From assembly GCA_964523265.1 (NCBI GenBank), contig CAZFXQ010000003.1:1-32000 (forward strand): 32,000 nucleotides of DNA. Direction: 5' to 3'. Positions 1 to 9,743 of this stretch are shown here, piece by piece. Position numbers and translations under genes: made by a program. The notes beneath the pieces were generated by a model. The model ran no database searches. It was not told where the DNA came from and saw nothing but the letters and a program-made list of their open reading frames with translations. Source of the stretch: an uncultured Muribaculaceae bacterium (GTDB lineage Bacteria > Bacillota_I > Bacilli_A > RF39 > UBA660). Position 1 is the first letter of the stretch; each line of letters starts with the position of its first letter.

Positions 1-2484
1 ACCAGATAATGTAGGAGCACTTTGTCCTAGTTTTATATAACCTAATCCTACGTCAATTAATATTTGAAGTTTTCTTTTTATTTTTGGATGATTTTCAAAA
101 AATACGCAAGCTTCTTCAACTCTCATTTGAAGCACATCATATATTGTTTTTTCTTTATATTTTACTTCTAGTGTTTCTTTATTAAAACGTGTCCCTCCAC
201 AAATTTCACACGGAACATATACATCTGGTAAAAAATTCATAGATATTTTCTTTACACCATCACCTAAGCAGGCTTCACATCTTCCACCTTTAACATTAAA
301 CGAAAATCTTCCTTTATCATAACCTCTTATTTTAGCTTCTTTTGTTTCAGAAAAAACATCTCTTATATCATCAAAAACCCCTACATATGTAGCAGGATTA
401 CTTCTTGGTGTTCTTCCTATCGGATCTTGAGTTATATTAATTACCTTATCAATATTTTCTAAACCTTTTATAGACTTATACTTACCAGGAACAACTTTTG
501 AACCATAAATATTTAATGCTAATACTTTATATAATATTTGATTTATTAAACTTGATTTACCAGAGCCTGACACACCAGTTACTAAAACCAGTTTACCAAG
601 TGGTATTTTTACATTAATGTTCTTTAAATTATTCTCACTTGCCCCCTTTAATTCAATGTATTTACCATTACCTTTTCTTCTTTTTTTTGGTATTTCTATT
701 TTCTTTCTACCACTTAAATAATCACCCGTTAAACTATTAGTGTTTTGCATAACCTCTTCAGGCGTTCCACAAGCCACAACTTTTCCACCATGTTCCCCTG
801 CACCAGGACCTATATCAACCAAATAATCAGATAAACGCATAGTATCTGTATCATGCTCAACAACTATTAACGTATTTCCTAAATCTCTCATTTTTAAAAG
901 TGAATCAATTAGTCTTTGATTATCTCTTTGATGAAGACCTATTGATGGTTCATCTAAAACGTATAACACACCTGTTAATTGTGAACCTATTTGTGTTGCA
1001 AGTCTTATTCTTTGTGATTCTCCACCAGATAATGTTCCAGCACTTCTAGATAATGTTAAATATCCAAGACCTACATTATGTAAAAAATTTAATCTTGATT
1101 TTATTTCTTTTATTAAAAGTTTTGCTATTTCTTCTTTTTCTTTACTTAACTTTAATGTATCAAAAAAATTATATAATTTATCTATGTTCATATCAGTTAA
1201 ATCTATAATATTTTTTTTATTAATTAATACAGATAATACACTTTCTTTTAATCTTCTTCCCTTACACAAAGGACATGTAAGTTCCACCATATATTTTCCA
1301 AGCCATTCTCTTATAAACTCACTTGTTGTTTCAAAATATCTTCTTTCTAAATTATTTAAAATTCCTTCAAATGGTTCGTATGAATTCATGTTATTACCAC
1401 TTCTTGTTGAAAACTTAAATTCAATTGGTTCTTCTGTTCCGTTCAATACAATATCTAATTCTTTTTTAGTTAGATCCTTTATTTTCTTATCCATATCTAT
1501 ATTGTATTTTTTACAAACAATTTCCAATTTCTTTATGTATATGTTATATTCATCCATTCCTGCATAGGGTTCTATTCCACCACGTCTTAATGTTTTTTCT
1601 TTATCAGGTATGATCAAATCAACACTTATTTTTTGTTTAAAACCAAGACCCTTACATTCTGGACACGAACCATAAGGTGCATTAAAACTAAACAATCTAG
1701 GCTCTAACTCCTCTAAAGAAAAATCACAATGAGGACAAGCAAAAGACTCACTCATGACAATTTCGCTCCGTCCAGGAATATCAACTACAACTTTTCCTTT
1801 TGATAATTTACAAGCATACTCTAGTGCCTCATAAATTCTACTTTTTGCTTCAGCTTTTTTGATTATTCTATCAATTATAACAAAAATGCTATGCTTTTTG
1901 TTTTTTTCTAATTTTATTTCATCACTCAAATCATAATCTCTGTTATCTATCTTGACCCTTACATAACCATCTTTTCTTAAACTATCTAACAAATCTTTAA
2001 ATGTACCCTTTTCACCATAAACTACAGGTGATTCAATAATTATTTTTGTTCCGTCTTCTTCATTCATTATTTGATTTGTCATTTCTTCTATAGATTGACT
2101 TGATATTGGTATATTATGGTTTGGACAATATGGAACACCAACTCTGGCATATAAAAGTCTTAAATAATCATATATTTCTGTTACAGTACCAACTGTTGAT
2201 CTTGGATTATTATTTGTTGTTTTTTGATCTATTGAAATAGATGGTGAAAGACCTTCTATCGAATCAACGTCCGGTTTTTTTGTTCCTCCTAAAAATTGTC
2301 TAGCATATGAAGACAAACTTTCCACATATCTTCTTTGACCTTCTGCATAAATTGTATCAAAAGCAAGGGAAGATTTACCGGAACCTGATACACCCGTCAT
2401 TACTGTTAATTTATTCTTTGGTATTTCTATATCAATATTTTTTAAATTATTTTCTCTTGCACCTTTAACTATTATTTTATCCAC
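1..2484 (-). CDS. uvrA: Excinuclease ABC subunit UvrA, 3'-truncated by the window edge (828 codons present)
   Basis: Absent from the ORF track because it runs off the window. Manual translation from GTG 2484..2482 (AAAGGTG RBS 8 nt upstream) gives VDKIIVKGARENNLKNIDIEIPKNKLTVMTGVSGSGKSSLAFDTIYAE, the canonical UvrA N-terminus with Walker A. The in-frame codons at 30..1 read LGQSAPTLSG (ABC signature of the second ATPase module). The frame is open throughout. Confidence 0.95.
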   Translation of the reverse strand, partial: MDKIIVKGARENNLKNIDIEIPKNKLTVMTGVSGSGKSSLAFDTIYAEGQRRYVESLSSYARQFLGGTKKPDVDSIEGLSPSISIDQKTTNNNPRSTVGTVTEIYDYLRLLYARVGVPYCPNHNIPISSQSIEEMTNQIMNEEDGTKIIIESPVVYGEKGTFKDLLDSLRKDGYVRVKIDNRDYDLSDEIKLEKNKKHSIFVIIDRIIKKAEAKSRIYEALEYACKLSKGKVVVDIPGRSEIVMSESFACPHCDFSLEELEPRLFSFNAPYGSCPECKGLGFKQKISVDLIIPDKEKTLRRGGIEPYAGMDEYNIYIKKLEIVCKKYNIDMDKKIKDLTKKELDIVLNGTEEPIEFKFSTRSGNNMNSYEPFEGILNNLERRYFETTSEFIREWLGKYMVELTCPLCKGRRLKESVLSVLINKKNIIDLTDMNIDKLYNFFDTLKLSKEKEEIAKLLIKEIKSRLNFLHNVGLGYLTLSRSAGTLSGGESQRIRLATQIGSQLTGVLYVLDEPSIGLHQRDNQRLIDSLLKMRDLGNTLIVVEHDTDTMRLSDYLVDIGPGAGEHGGKVVACGTPEEVMQNTNSLTGDYLSGRKKIEIPKKRRKGNGKYIELKGASENNLKNINVKIPLGKLVLVTGVSGSGKSSLINQILYKVLALNIYGSKVVPGKYKSIKGLENIDKVINITQDPIGRTPRSNPATYVGVFDDIRDVFSETKEAKIRGYDKGRFSFNVKGGRCEACLGDGVKKISMNFLPDVYVPCEICGGTRFNKETLEVKYKEKTIYDVLQMRVEEACVFFENHPKIKRKLQILIDVGLGYIKLGQSAPTLSG

Positions 2485-2653
2485 TTAAATCACACCTTTA
2501 AATACATTTTAACATATTTTAACATATAAATTAAAAAATGGTTATGTAAATTACAACCATTTTTTAATTATAATAAAACTCTACTATCTATTATGTATTG
2601 TTTATTATGTTCTATATAATCAACATAATTTTACAAAAAAATAGTATTAAACG

Positions 2654-2685
2654 AAAAAAACTCTTAAGATTTTTAATCTTAAGAG
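2654..2685 (-). terminator. Rho-independent terminator after the PfkB kinase gene
   Basis: Perfect 10-bp inverted repeat CTCTTAAGAT/ATCTTAAGAG (2661..2685). On the minus strand it is followed by a T7 run (2654..2660). Confidence 0.75.
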
Positions 2686-2697
2686 TAATATTTTATC

Positions 2698-3624
2698 TTA
2701 CATTCTTTTTCTTAAAACCTTTTCCACAGTATTAAGATCAGGGCAAGAATCTTTTCCACCAGATTTTGTAGTTGAAAGTGATGCTGTTATGTTTGCAAAG
2801 TCTAATGAATCATGATATTTATAACCATTTGCTATTGCATATGTAAAAGCTCCATGGAATATATCTCCAGCACAATTAGTATCTATTGCTTTAAGACCTG
2901 AATTATATGCTGGTATAATTTCTACTTGTGAATCTTTTTCACAAATATATCCTCTTGGACCAATTGTTATTGCAATACCTTTTGCTTTTGGATATATTTT
3001 TTTCATTTTCAAGAACACTTCTTTATTATTTTCGTAGCTATCATCTATTTTCATATTAGTTATACCATTTGCGAAATCTTCAGAACAAATAATATAATCT
3101 ATAAAATGACATAATACCCTTATTCCTTCTTTTGGTCTTCCGGCATCTATAATTGATTCTGCATTTTCATTGTTCTTAATTAATGCAATGGAATCATCAA
3201 TATATTTTCCATCGGTCAAAATGAAATCATAACCTGTTTTACATTTAAAATCAAATATTTGAGGATATATATAATCACTTAATGATCTTGCTGTATTTAT
3301 TGTTCTTGTTTTATCTTTTGTATTAATAATTATGTGACTAACAGGTGTCATAACCTTATCAGTTTTAAACAAATGATCTAAATTCATATTCTCTTTTTGT
3401 AATTGCTTATATACAAAATCGCCCGCAGGATCATTACCTATTTGTCCGTAAAAATCCACCTTACCCCCAAATCTTGATACAACACAGGCTGCGTTAGCAG
3501 CAGGCCCACCAGAATTATAGTTAATACCTATGAAATCATTTCTTCTGTCTTCTTCAATAAAACCTTCTCTACTTATGGTCTCATCTTGCGTACTATTACC
3601 AATTATTGCAATATTCTTCATCAT
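2698..3624 (-). CDS. PfkB/ribokinase-family carbohydrate kinase
   Basis: 308-aa ORF. The N-terminal GG dipeptide region (NYNSGGPAANAA) and the C-terminal DTNCAGDIFHGAF motif match PfkB signature 2 (DTxGAGD). Confidence 0.85.
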   Translation of the reverse strand: MMKNIAIIGNSTQDETISREGFIEEDRRNDFIGINYNSGGPAANAACVVSRFGGKVDFYGQIGNDPAGDFVYKQLQKENMNLDHLFKTDKVMTPVSHIIINTKDKTRTINTARSLSDYIYPQIFDFKCKTGYDFILTDGKYIDDSIALIKNNENAESIIDAGRPKEGIRVLCHFIDYIICSEDFANGITNMKIDDSYENNKEVFLKMKKIYPKAKGIAITIGPRGYICEKDSQVEIIPAYNSGLKAIDTNCAGDIFHGAFTYAIANGYKYHDSLDFANITASLSTTKSGGKDSCPDLNTVEKVLRKRM

Positions 3625-3681
3625 TTTCCCTCCTTTCTTGCCTTCATATTATCATGACGAGTATTTTTAATATATACTTTT

Positions 3682-3701
3682 TTATCAAAAAGTGTTATAA
3701 T
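3682..3701 (+). promoter_or_regulatory. Putative LysR-box (TTAT-N11-ATAA) overlapping an extended -10 (TGTTATAAT) in the divergent kinase/LysR intergenic region
   Basis: TTATCAAAAAGTGTTATAA at 3682..3700 fits the T-N11-A dyad typical of LysR-type regulators. TGtTATAAT lies at 3693..3701. Confidence 0.3.
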
Positions 3702-3744
3702 CAACATGAATATTTTTTATATTAAATATAACCAGGAGGAATAT

Positions 3745-4641
3745 ATGAATGTTAGTTTTGATCTCTTAAGAATATTTAAAACCGTGGCTTACCATAAAAA
3801 TGTTAGTAAGGCTGCTAAGGATTTATGTGTTACCCAACCATCAGTTACAAAAGCTATTAAAAAGTTAGAAAACGAACTTAACATAGTTCTTTTTGTAAGA
3901 GAGAAAAAAGGTATGGTTTTAACCGATATGGGAAAAACACTATATAGATACATTGTTGATTCGATTAATATCTTAGATAATGCTCCACTTATTGCAAAAA
4001 ACATAAGTGAAAGTGATGTTGGTAAACTAAAAATTGGTGCAGGAGAATCGGTTACACGAAACATATTAAAAAAGACAATTATTGAATTTAAAAAATTACA
4101 CCCGGGTATTACAATTGAAATTTATAATTCAAGTTCGGACAAACTATATAATGATTTAAGATATGGCAGATTAGATATAATCTTTATTAACTCAACAATT
4201 ATTATAAATGAAAGCAAGTACATTACTTTTAAATTAACAGATATAGAAGATTGTTTTTTTACGGCGCCACAAATGTATAAAAAATTACAAAACGTAACAA
4301 ACCTAAAAGAAATATTATCAGGTTCTTTAATTGTACAAAACGAAAATTATGATACAAGAACATTTCTAGAGACGATATGTATGAAAAATAATATTCAGCT
4401 TAAACCAACACTACAAATGGATAGGCATAGCTTGTTGGTTGAATTTGTTAAGGAAAACTTGGGTATTGGTTTTGCAACAAAACAGTATATAAAAGACTAT
4501 TTAGATACAGGGGAATTAATGGAACTTAACGTTTCATTTAAAATAGAAAAAAGGCATATTAACTGTGTATACAAAAACAACAAAAACGAAAAAGTAAACA
4601 AATTTATAGAATTATTAAAATTTAATCTAAAAAATCAATAA
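3745..4641 (+). CDS. LysR-family transcriptional regulator
   Basis: N-terminal wHTH (LRIFKTVAYHKNVSKAAKDLCVTQPSVTKAIKKLENEL) followed by a substrate-binding domain of typical length. The preferred start is ATG 3745, with a GGAGG RBS at 3735..3739. The track ORF begins at 3706. Confidence 0.9.
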   Translation: MNVSFDLLRIFKTVAYHKNVSKAAKDLCVTQPSVTKAIKKLENELNIVLFVREKKGMVLTDMGKTLYRYIVDSINILDNAPLIAKNISESDVGKLKIGAGESVTRNILKKTIIEFKKLHPGITIEIYNSSSDKLYNDLRYGRLDIIFINSTIIINESKYITFKLTDIEDCFFTAPQMYKKLQNVTNLKEILSGSLIVQNENYDTRTFLETICMKNNIQLKPTLQMDRHSLLVEFVKENLGIGFATKQYIKDYLDTGELMELNVSFKIEKRHINCVYKNNKNEKVNKFIELLKFNLKNQ

Positions 4642-4672
4642 AAAGCAATTAAATAAATTATAATTGCTTTTT
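4641..4672. terminator. Bidirectional terminator between convergent LysR and HipA-like genes
   Basis: AAAGCAATTA (4642..4651) pairs with TAATTGCTTT (4661..4670). It is flanked by an A-run and a T-run. Confidence 0.65.
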
Positions 4673-5483
4673 ATATTATTAATTTTTTTTCTTTAATTAT
4701 ATCTTTACGCTCATTTATTAGTTCACCATAAATAAACTTTTCTCCACTATTTAAATAAATTCCTTTTTTTATTAAATTTTTATCTATCATACCAATATTT
4801 AAATTCATTATTCTTTTTAATAATTGCTGAAATGTTTTATCTTCTCTTATATAAGACAAAACACTTTCTTTATCAAGGTCAAACTGAAAATAATTATCAT
4901 TTTCATGGAATTTAGTAAAAAAAGACAATTCATAATCATATAATGGTAATAATTTTGCATTTTTATCATTAAAAGAAAACAAAAAATTATTTTCATGGCG
5001 ATCTGTTTGAAGTGTAATAAAATCACATATTATCATTTTCTTTAAAGCTATTATTAGCTTTTCTTTACTTTCTTTATTAAGTACTACATAATCTTTTTCA
5101 TTAAAGCTATATCTATCTAATGTTTTTAAATTTTCAATATCAGAAGAAAAGCGAACATTAAAATTGGTTATATATCCTATCTTTTGGTTTTTATTCGTAA
5201 ATAGTTTTGATAATAAGACAATGTTTTTTGTATCATATGTTGCAGGAATACTATCAACCGTCTGTACTTTTAAATACTTGGCTACTTCTTGGCAAATAAG
5301 TTCATTTATTAAATAGTCTTCAATATTAGCAAACGCTTCTCTTACATGATATATAATATTGTCTTTTTTTATAAAATATTGTAAATAGTTATTTTGACAA
5401 AAAACATTTTTATAATCCTCTTCTGTTAAAGAATAATCTTCGTACTTATTTAAAAGCATTAATTTATTTTGATCAATATACAT
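4671..5483 (-). CDS. Small HipA-C-like / PI3-4-kinase-fold putative protein kinase (hypothetical)
   Basis: 270-aa ORF. It has a catalytic-loop-like QTDRHENNF motif followed by LLPLYDYELSF, resembling the DxHxxN loop plus the downstream aspartate motif of HipA-C family kinases. Its ATG lies 2 nt after the uvrB stop (GGAAAATAAATATG). Confidence 0.5.
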   Translation of the reverse strand: MYIDQNKLMLLNKYEDYSLTEEDYKNVFCQNNYLQYFIKKDNIIYHVREAFANIEDYLINELICQEVAKYLKVQTVDSIPATYDTKNIVLLSKLFTNKNQKIGYITNFNVRFSSDIENLKTLDRYSFNEKDYVVLNKESKEKLIIALKKMIICDFITLQTDRHENNFLFSFNDKNAKLLPLYDYELSFFTKFHENDNYFQFDLDKESVLSYIREDKTFQQLLKRIMNLNIGMIDKNLIKKGIYLNSGEKFIYGELINERKDIIKEKKLII

Positions 5484-5485
5484 AT

Positions 5486-7435
5486 TTATTTTCCAACCTT
5501 AAGTTCAAATATTATATCACGAAGTTCCATAGCTCTTTCAAAGTCAAGTTTACTTGCTGCATCTTTCATTTCTTGTTCTAATTCTTTTAATAATTTATCA
5601 TTATTTGCTTTATCTTTTACATTTTTCTTTTTACTGTCTTCTATGTTAGCACTTACTATTTCTGTTATCTTTTTATTTATTGTCTTAGGAATAATATTGT
5701 GTTCTTCATTATATTTTTCTTGGACACTTCTTCTTCTTTTTGTTTCTTCAATAGCTGTTTTCATGGAATCACTAATAATATCACCATACATTATTACTCT
5801 TCCATCTTTGTTTCTTGCACATCTTCCTATTGTTTGAATTAAACTTCTGTGACTTCTTAAAAATCCTTGTTTATCAGCATCTAAAATTGCAACCAAACTA
5901 ACTTCAGGAATATCAAGGCCTTCACGAAGTAAATTAATACCAACTAAAACATCATATTTTCCTTTTCTTAAATCATGTATTATTCTAAGTCTTTCTAAAG
6001 TTTTTACTTCGCTATGTAAGTAAGCTACTTTTATGTTTATATTTTTTAAATATGAAGTTAATTCTTCTGCCATTCTAATCGTAAGTGTCGTAACAAGCGT
6101 TCTTTCCTTTTTAAGTATTTGTTTTTGTATTTCATCAATTAAATCATCAACTTGATTAGTCGACTTTCTAACATCAATTTTAGGATCAAGCAATCCTGTT
6201 GGTCTTATTATTTGTTCAACAACATGATTATTAACTTTTTTAAGTTCTTCATCGCCTGGTGTTGCCGAAACATATATAACCTGATTAATTTTAGATTCAA
6301 ATTCCTCATACATAAGTGGTCTATTATCAAGTGCAGAAGGTAATCTAAAGCCATAATCAACAAGCATTTGCTTCCTATTTCTATCTCCGTTATACATTGC
6401 TTTAACTTGCGGCAATGTTACATGAGATTCATCAATTACCATTAAAAAATCATCAGGAAAAAAGTCAATTAAACAGGTTGGTGTTTCTCCTTCTTTTTTT
6501 AATGCTAAATGTCTAGAATAATTTTCAACACCTGAACAAAAACCTGTTTCTGAAAGCATTTCAATATCGTACTTGCATCTTTGTTCCAAGCGTTCAGCTT
6601 CTAACAATTTATTATTTTCTTTGAAATATTTTAATCTCTCATCCAACTCTTCTTTTATATTTATTATTGCTTTTTTTAATTTTTCTTCACTTGTAACAAA
6701 GTGTGATGCCGGCATAATTGATATAAATTTTTTTTCTATAATTAATGCTCCTGTCAAACAATCAAATTCACAAATTCTATCTATTTCATCACCAAATAAT
6801 TCTATTCTAATTCCATGACTTTTCTCATATATTGGAATTATTTCTATAACATCTCCTTTTGCTCTAAAGGTTCCTCTTGCTAAATCCATAGTGTTTCTTT
6901 CATACATCATATTAATTAATTTTTCCAATATTTTATTTCTGTCTATTATGTCCCCAACTTTTAAAGTTAGCATGTGATTTTCATATTCTTCCTTATCACC
7001 AATACCATATATACAAGATACCGAAGCAACAACTATAACATCTTTATTATTTATAAGTGATGATGTTGCATAGTGCCTTAATTCATCTATTTCATCATTT
7101 ATTGATGCATCTTTCTCAATATATGTATCACTTGATGGAACATACGCTTCTGGCTGATAATAATCATAATAAGATACAAAATAGCAAACATGGTTATTAG
7201 GAAACAATTCCTTAAATTCAGCATATAATTGTCCTGCTAATGTCTTATTATGCGCTAAAACAAGTGTAGGCTTATTAACTTTACTTATTACATTTGCAAT
7301 AGTAAATGTTTTTCCTGTACCAGTTGCACCTAATAAAACTTGATACTTTTTGTTTTCTTCTATACCATCAACTAATTCTTTTATTGCTTCTGGTTGGTCT
7401 CCTGTAGGTTTATAAGATGATTTTAATTCAAACAT
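5486..7435 (-). CDS. uvrB: Excinuclease ABC subunit UvrB
   Basis: 649 aa. Begins [21 protein letters not shown], has Walker A GATGTGKT, a DESH box, helicase motifs, and a C-terminal UVR domain ([17 protein letters not shown]). Confidence 0.97.
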   Translation of the reverse strand: MFELKSSYKPTGDQPEAIKELVDGIEENKKYQVLLGATGTGKTFTIANVISKVNKPTLVLAHNKTLAGQLYAEFKELFPNNHVCYFVSYYDYYQPEAYVPSSDTYIEKDASINDEIDELRHYATSSLINNKDVIVVASVSCIYGIGDKEEYENHMLTLKVGDIIDRNKILEKLINMMYERNTMDLARGTFRAKGDVIEIIPIYEKSHGIRIELFGDEIDRICEFDCLTGALIIEKKFISIMPASHFVTSEEKLKKAIINIKEELDERLKYFKENNKLLEAERLEQRCKYDIEMLSETGFCSGVENYSRHLALKKEGETPTCLIDFFPDDFLMVIDESHVTLPQVKAMYNGDRNRKQMLVDYGFRLPSALDNRPLMYEEFESKINQVIYVSATPGDEELKKVNNHVVEQIIRPTGLLDPKIDVRKSTNQVDDLIDEIQKQILKKERTLVTTLTIRMAEELTSYLKNINIKVAYLHSEVKTLERLRIIHDLRKGKYDVLVGINLLREGLDIPEVSLVAILDADKQGFLRSHRSLIQTIGRCARNKDGRVIMYGDIISDSMKTAIEETKRRRSVQEKYNEEHNIIPKTINKKITEIVSANIEDSKKKNVKDKANNDKLLKELEQEMKDAASKLDFERAMELRDIIFELKVGK

Positions 7436-7533
7436 AAAATCCCTCCATAAGAAAAATACTATTTATTTTTAATATATTAATAATTTGTTACATTCTATCA
7501 TTTTTATTTAAAAAAAACAATAAATTATAGAAA

Positions 7534-8613
7534 CTAACTATCTTTTTTTATTGTTTTTATCTTTTCTTTTTTTATTACTTTATCAATAATCCCATTTTCA
7601 ACTGTGTATATTGCCATTTTATATAATAATTTATTTATAATTCTAATTTTATTAGCCATCTCTGATGTACTCAATTGTTTATTTAATTTTATTTTATTAC
7701 TAACCAAAGAGATAAAATTTCTTTCTTCATAAGATAAAAAAGTAATAATTGAATAGTCAATAAATTCTTCATTGTAATTATCAATAATATTGTAAAAACT
7801 ATCTTTAGAATGATACTTTCTAACGTTAGTTGGTTTATTATATTCAACTTTATTATAATCATAGCTTTCACTTAAATCTTTTTTAAATTTATTTAAAATA
7901 CGGCTTATTTGAGCTTGTGTAATGTCATATTTTTCACCAATAATCCGCTGATTTGTCTCTCCGTTTATATAATCTAGTATTATGTTTTTATTCCTAATAC
8001 TATAGCTCTCTAATATCCCTTTTATTACAATTATTAATTCACATTCTTTTATATCATCTACAAAATCAGGTACTTTTATAAAATCTATACCATCATCATC
8101 TTTTATATAAATGCTTTCAACATTTATACCTGCATTCAACATATTTATTTCATCTTCAGCAATATTCAATAAAATTGATAATTCACTGATACTAATCTTT
8201 CTATTATACTTTTTTTCATATGTTTCACTTATATTACTAATAATGTTTAATAAATCTAGTTCTTTTCTTCCATAACTAATAACTCTGCATTTTGTTCTTA
8301 AATATGTTTTTATATATCCATCAATAATTGAGACTGCATATGATGAAAATTTAACATTTTTACTAATATCATAATTGTTAACTGCATATACAAGACCCAC
8401 TATTCCTTCTTGAAACACATCATCATACTTATCAACACTATTAATTCTACCAGCAAAATATTTATTAATCGCATGTTTAACAAGACTTATATTAGCTTTA
8501 ATTATTTTTTCCCTAGCTTCTTTTGTATTAATTTTAAATAGTTCTAATGTTTCTTTTTCATCCAATGGACTAAATTCATCAGATTTTATATTTTGTAATA
8601 CAAAACTGTTCAT
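7534..8613 (-). CDS. Sigma-70-family (group-3, SigF/SigG-like) sigma factor paralog 3 with a ~90-aa C-terminal extension
   Basis: Region 2 reads DVFQEGIVGLVYAVNNYD...FSSYAVSIIDGYIKTYLR. The region 4 HTH reads NQRIIGEKYDITQAQISRILNKFKKDL. The extension corresponds to nt 7588..7866. The preferred start is ATG 8613 (AGGTGGTG RBS), giving the MNSFVLQNIKSDEF N-terminus that aligns with the two paralogs. Confidence 0.8.
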   Translation of the reverse strand: MNSFVLQNIKSDEFSPLDEKETLELFKINTKEAREKIIKANISLVKHAINKYFAGRINSVDKYDDVFQEGIVGLVYAVNNYDISKNVKFSSYAVSIIDGYIKTYLRTKCRVISYGRKELDLLNIISNISETYEKKYNRKISISELSILLNIAEDEINMLNAGINVESIYIKDDDGIDFIKVPDFVDDIKECELIIVIKGILESYSIRNKNIILDYINGETNQRIIGEKYDITQAQISRILNKFKKDLSESYDYNKVEYNKPTNVRKYHSKDSFYNIIDNYNEEFIDYSIITFLSYEERNFISLVSNKIKLNKQLSTSEMANKIRIINKLLYKMAIYTVENGIIDKVIKKEKIKTIKKDS

Positions 8614-8680
8614 AATTATCACCACCTAAACAAAATTATTATGCTTATTATTATTTATCTTAGCAAGTATAATTAAATAT

Positions 8681-9739
8681 TCATTTGTTTTTTACTAATT
8701 CTTTTATTATAATTTTGTTGCTTTCTATTACTTTTGTTGCCAATCTTAATATTAATTTTTCTAATAATGGTTTTGCACGTGCACATAAGGTTCTACTAGA
8801 TTTTCTTTTGCCATATTTAGGATAGTAAGCTAATAAGATTTCTTTTTCTTTATCACTAAATATTTCATCTATTGTTTCATCTACTAAATTTCTATCATAA
8901 TTATTTGTAACATCATAAATTGTATCGTTTGTCTTAAACATTTTGCTTGAATCAACAAACTTTGGATTATAATTCAATTCTTCTTTTAACTTGTTTTTAA
9001 ATTTTATAATTGTGCGTGAAACATGTGCTTGACTCATATTGCATATTTTTGCTATCTTTGTTTGTTCATACTCATCAATATAATATAATTTTATTGCTTG
9101 TTTCTTATCATCATTAAATTCATTTAATACTTTTTCAATAATCATTTTAATTTCAACAGATAAAATTTCATCTTTTGTTTCACTAATCATAGCTTTCAAA
9201 GAAACTGGCTTTTCATTATTAATTACCATATTTTCTAAACTTATAGTATTTAGACCCAACAATTTTTTATTAATATCATCAACTGAAATATTAAGTAAAT
9301 TTGATATGGTGTCTTCACTTATTGGTAATCCTTTATTTTTATAATATATCTCTGATATATAATTAATACTATTTTGAAGGTTTATTGCTGATCTTGAAGG
9401 CCTAATAATCTTCTTTTTTTCTCTTGAAAAAATTCTTATTTTTCCTTCAATAATTGGTATTGCATATGTCGAAAACGAAGTTCCGTAATTAGAATCATAA
9501 TTATTTATTGCTTCAATAAGACCCAGTGCACCTTCTTGAAATGCATCTTCATAATCTTCTTCTTTAACTAACGTATTTAAATTAATTTTTGATAATACAT
9601 ACTTAATAAGTTTTAAATTAGCCTTAAATATTTTTTCTTTAGCTTCCTTCGTTCCTTCTAAAAATAGTATTTTTATCTCTTCATTTGTAATCTGATTAAA
9701 CTCTTCTGACTTTATATCTTTTAGTATAAATCTATCCAT
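8681..9739 (-). CDS. Sigma-70-family (group-3-like) sigma factor paralog 2 with a ~90-aa C-terminal extension
   Basis: Region 2 reads DAFQEGALGLIEAINNYD...FSTYAIPIIEGKIRIF. The region 4 HTH reads QTKIAKICNMSQAHVSRTIIKFKNKL. The extension (nt 8714..8980) aligns with the paralogs. The start lies 4 nt after the stop of the upstream giant sigma gene. Confidence 0.85.
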   Translation of the reverse strand: MDRFILKDIKSEEFNQITNEEIKILFLEGTKEAKEKIFKANLKLIKYVLSKINLNTLVKEEDYEDAFQEGALGLIEAINNYDSNYGTSFSTYAIPIIEGKIRIFSREKKKIIRPSRSAINLQNSINYISEIYYKNKGLPISEDTISNLLNISVDDINKKLLGLNTISLENMVINNEKPVSLKAMISETKDEILSVEIKMIIEKVLNEFNDDKKQAIKLYYIDEYEQTKIAKICNMSQAHVSRTIIKFKNKLKEELNYNPKFVDSSKMFKTNDTIYDVTNNYDRNLVDETIDEIFSDKEKEILLAYYPKYGKRKSSRTLCARAKPLLEKLILRLATKVIESNKIIIKELVKNK

Positions 9740-9743
9740 ATTA

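Noticed and set aside
2485-7533. SOS (Cheo/LexA) boxes upstream of uvrA (2485..2653) and uvrB (7436..7533).
   Set aside because: I searched both strands by eye for GAAC-N4-GTTC. Only an isolated GAAC half-site (AGAACATAATAAAC upstream of uvrA) is present, and there is no convincing palindrome.
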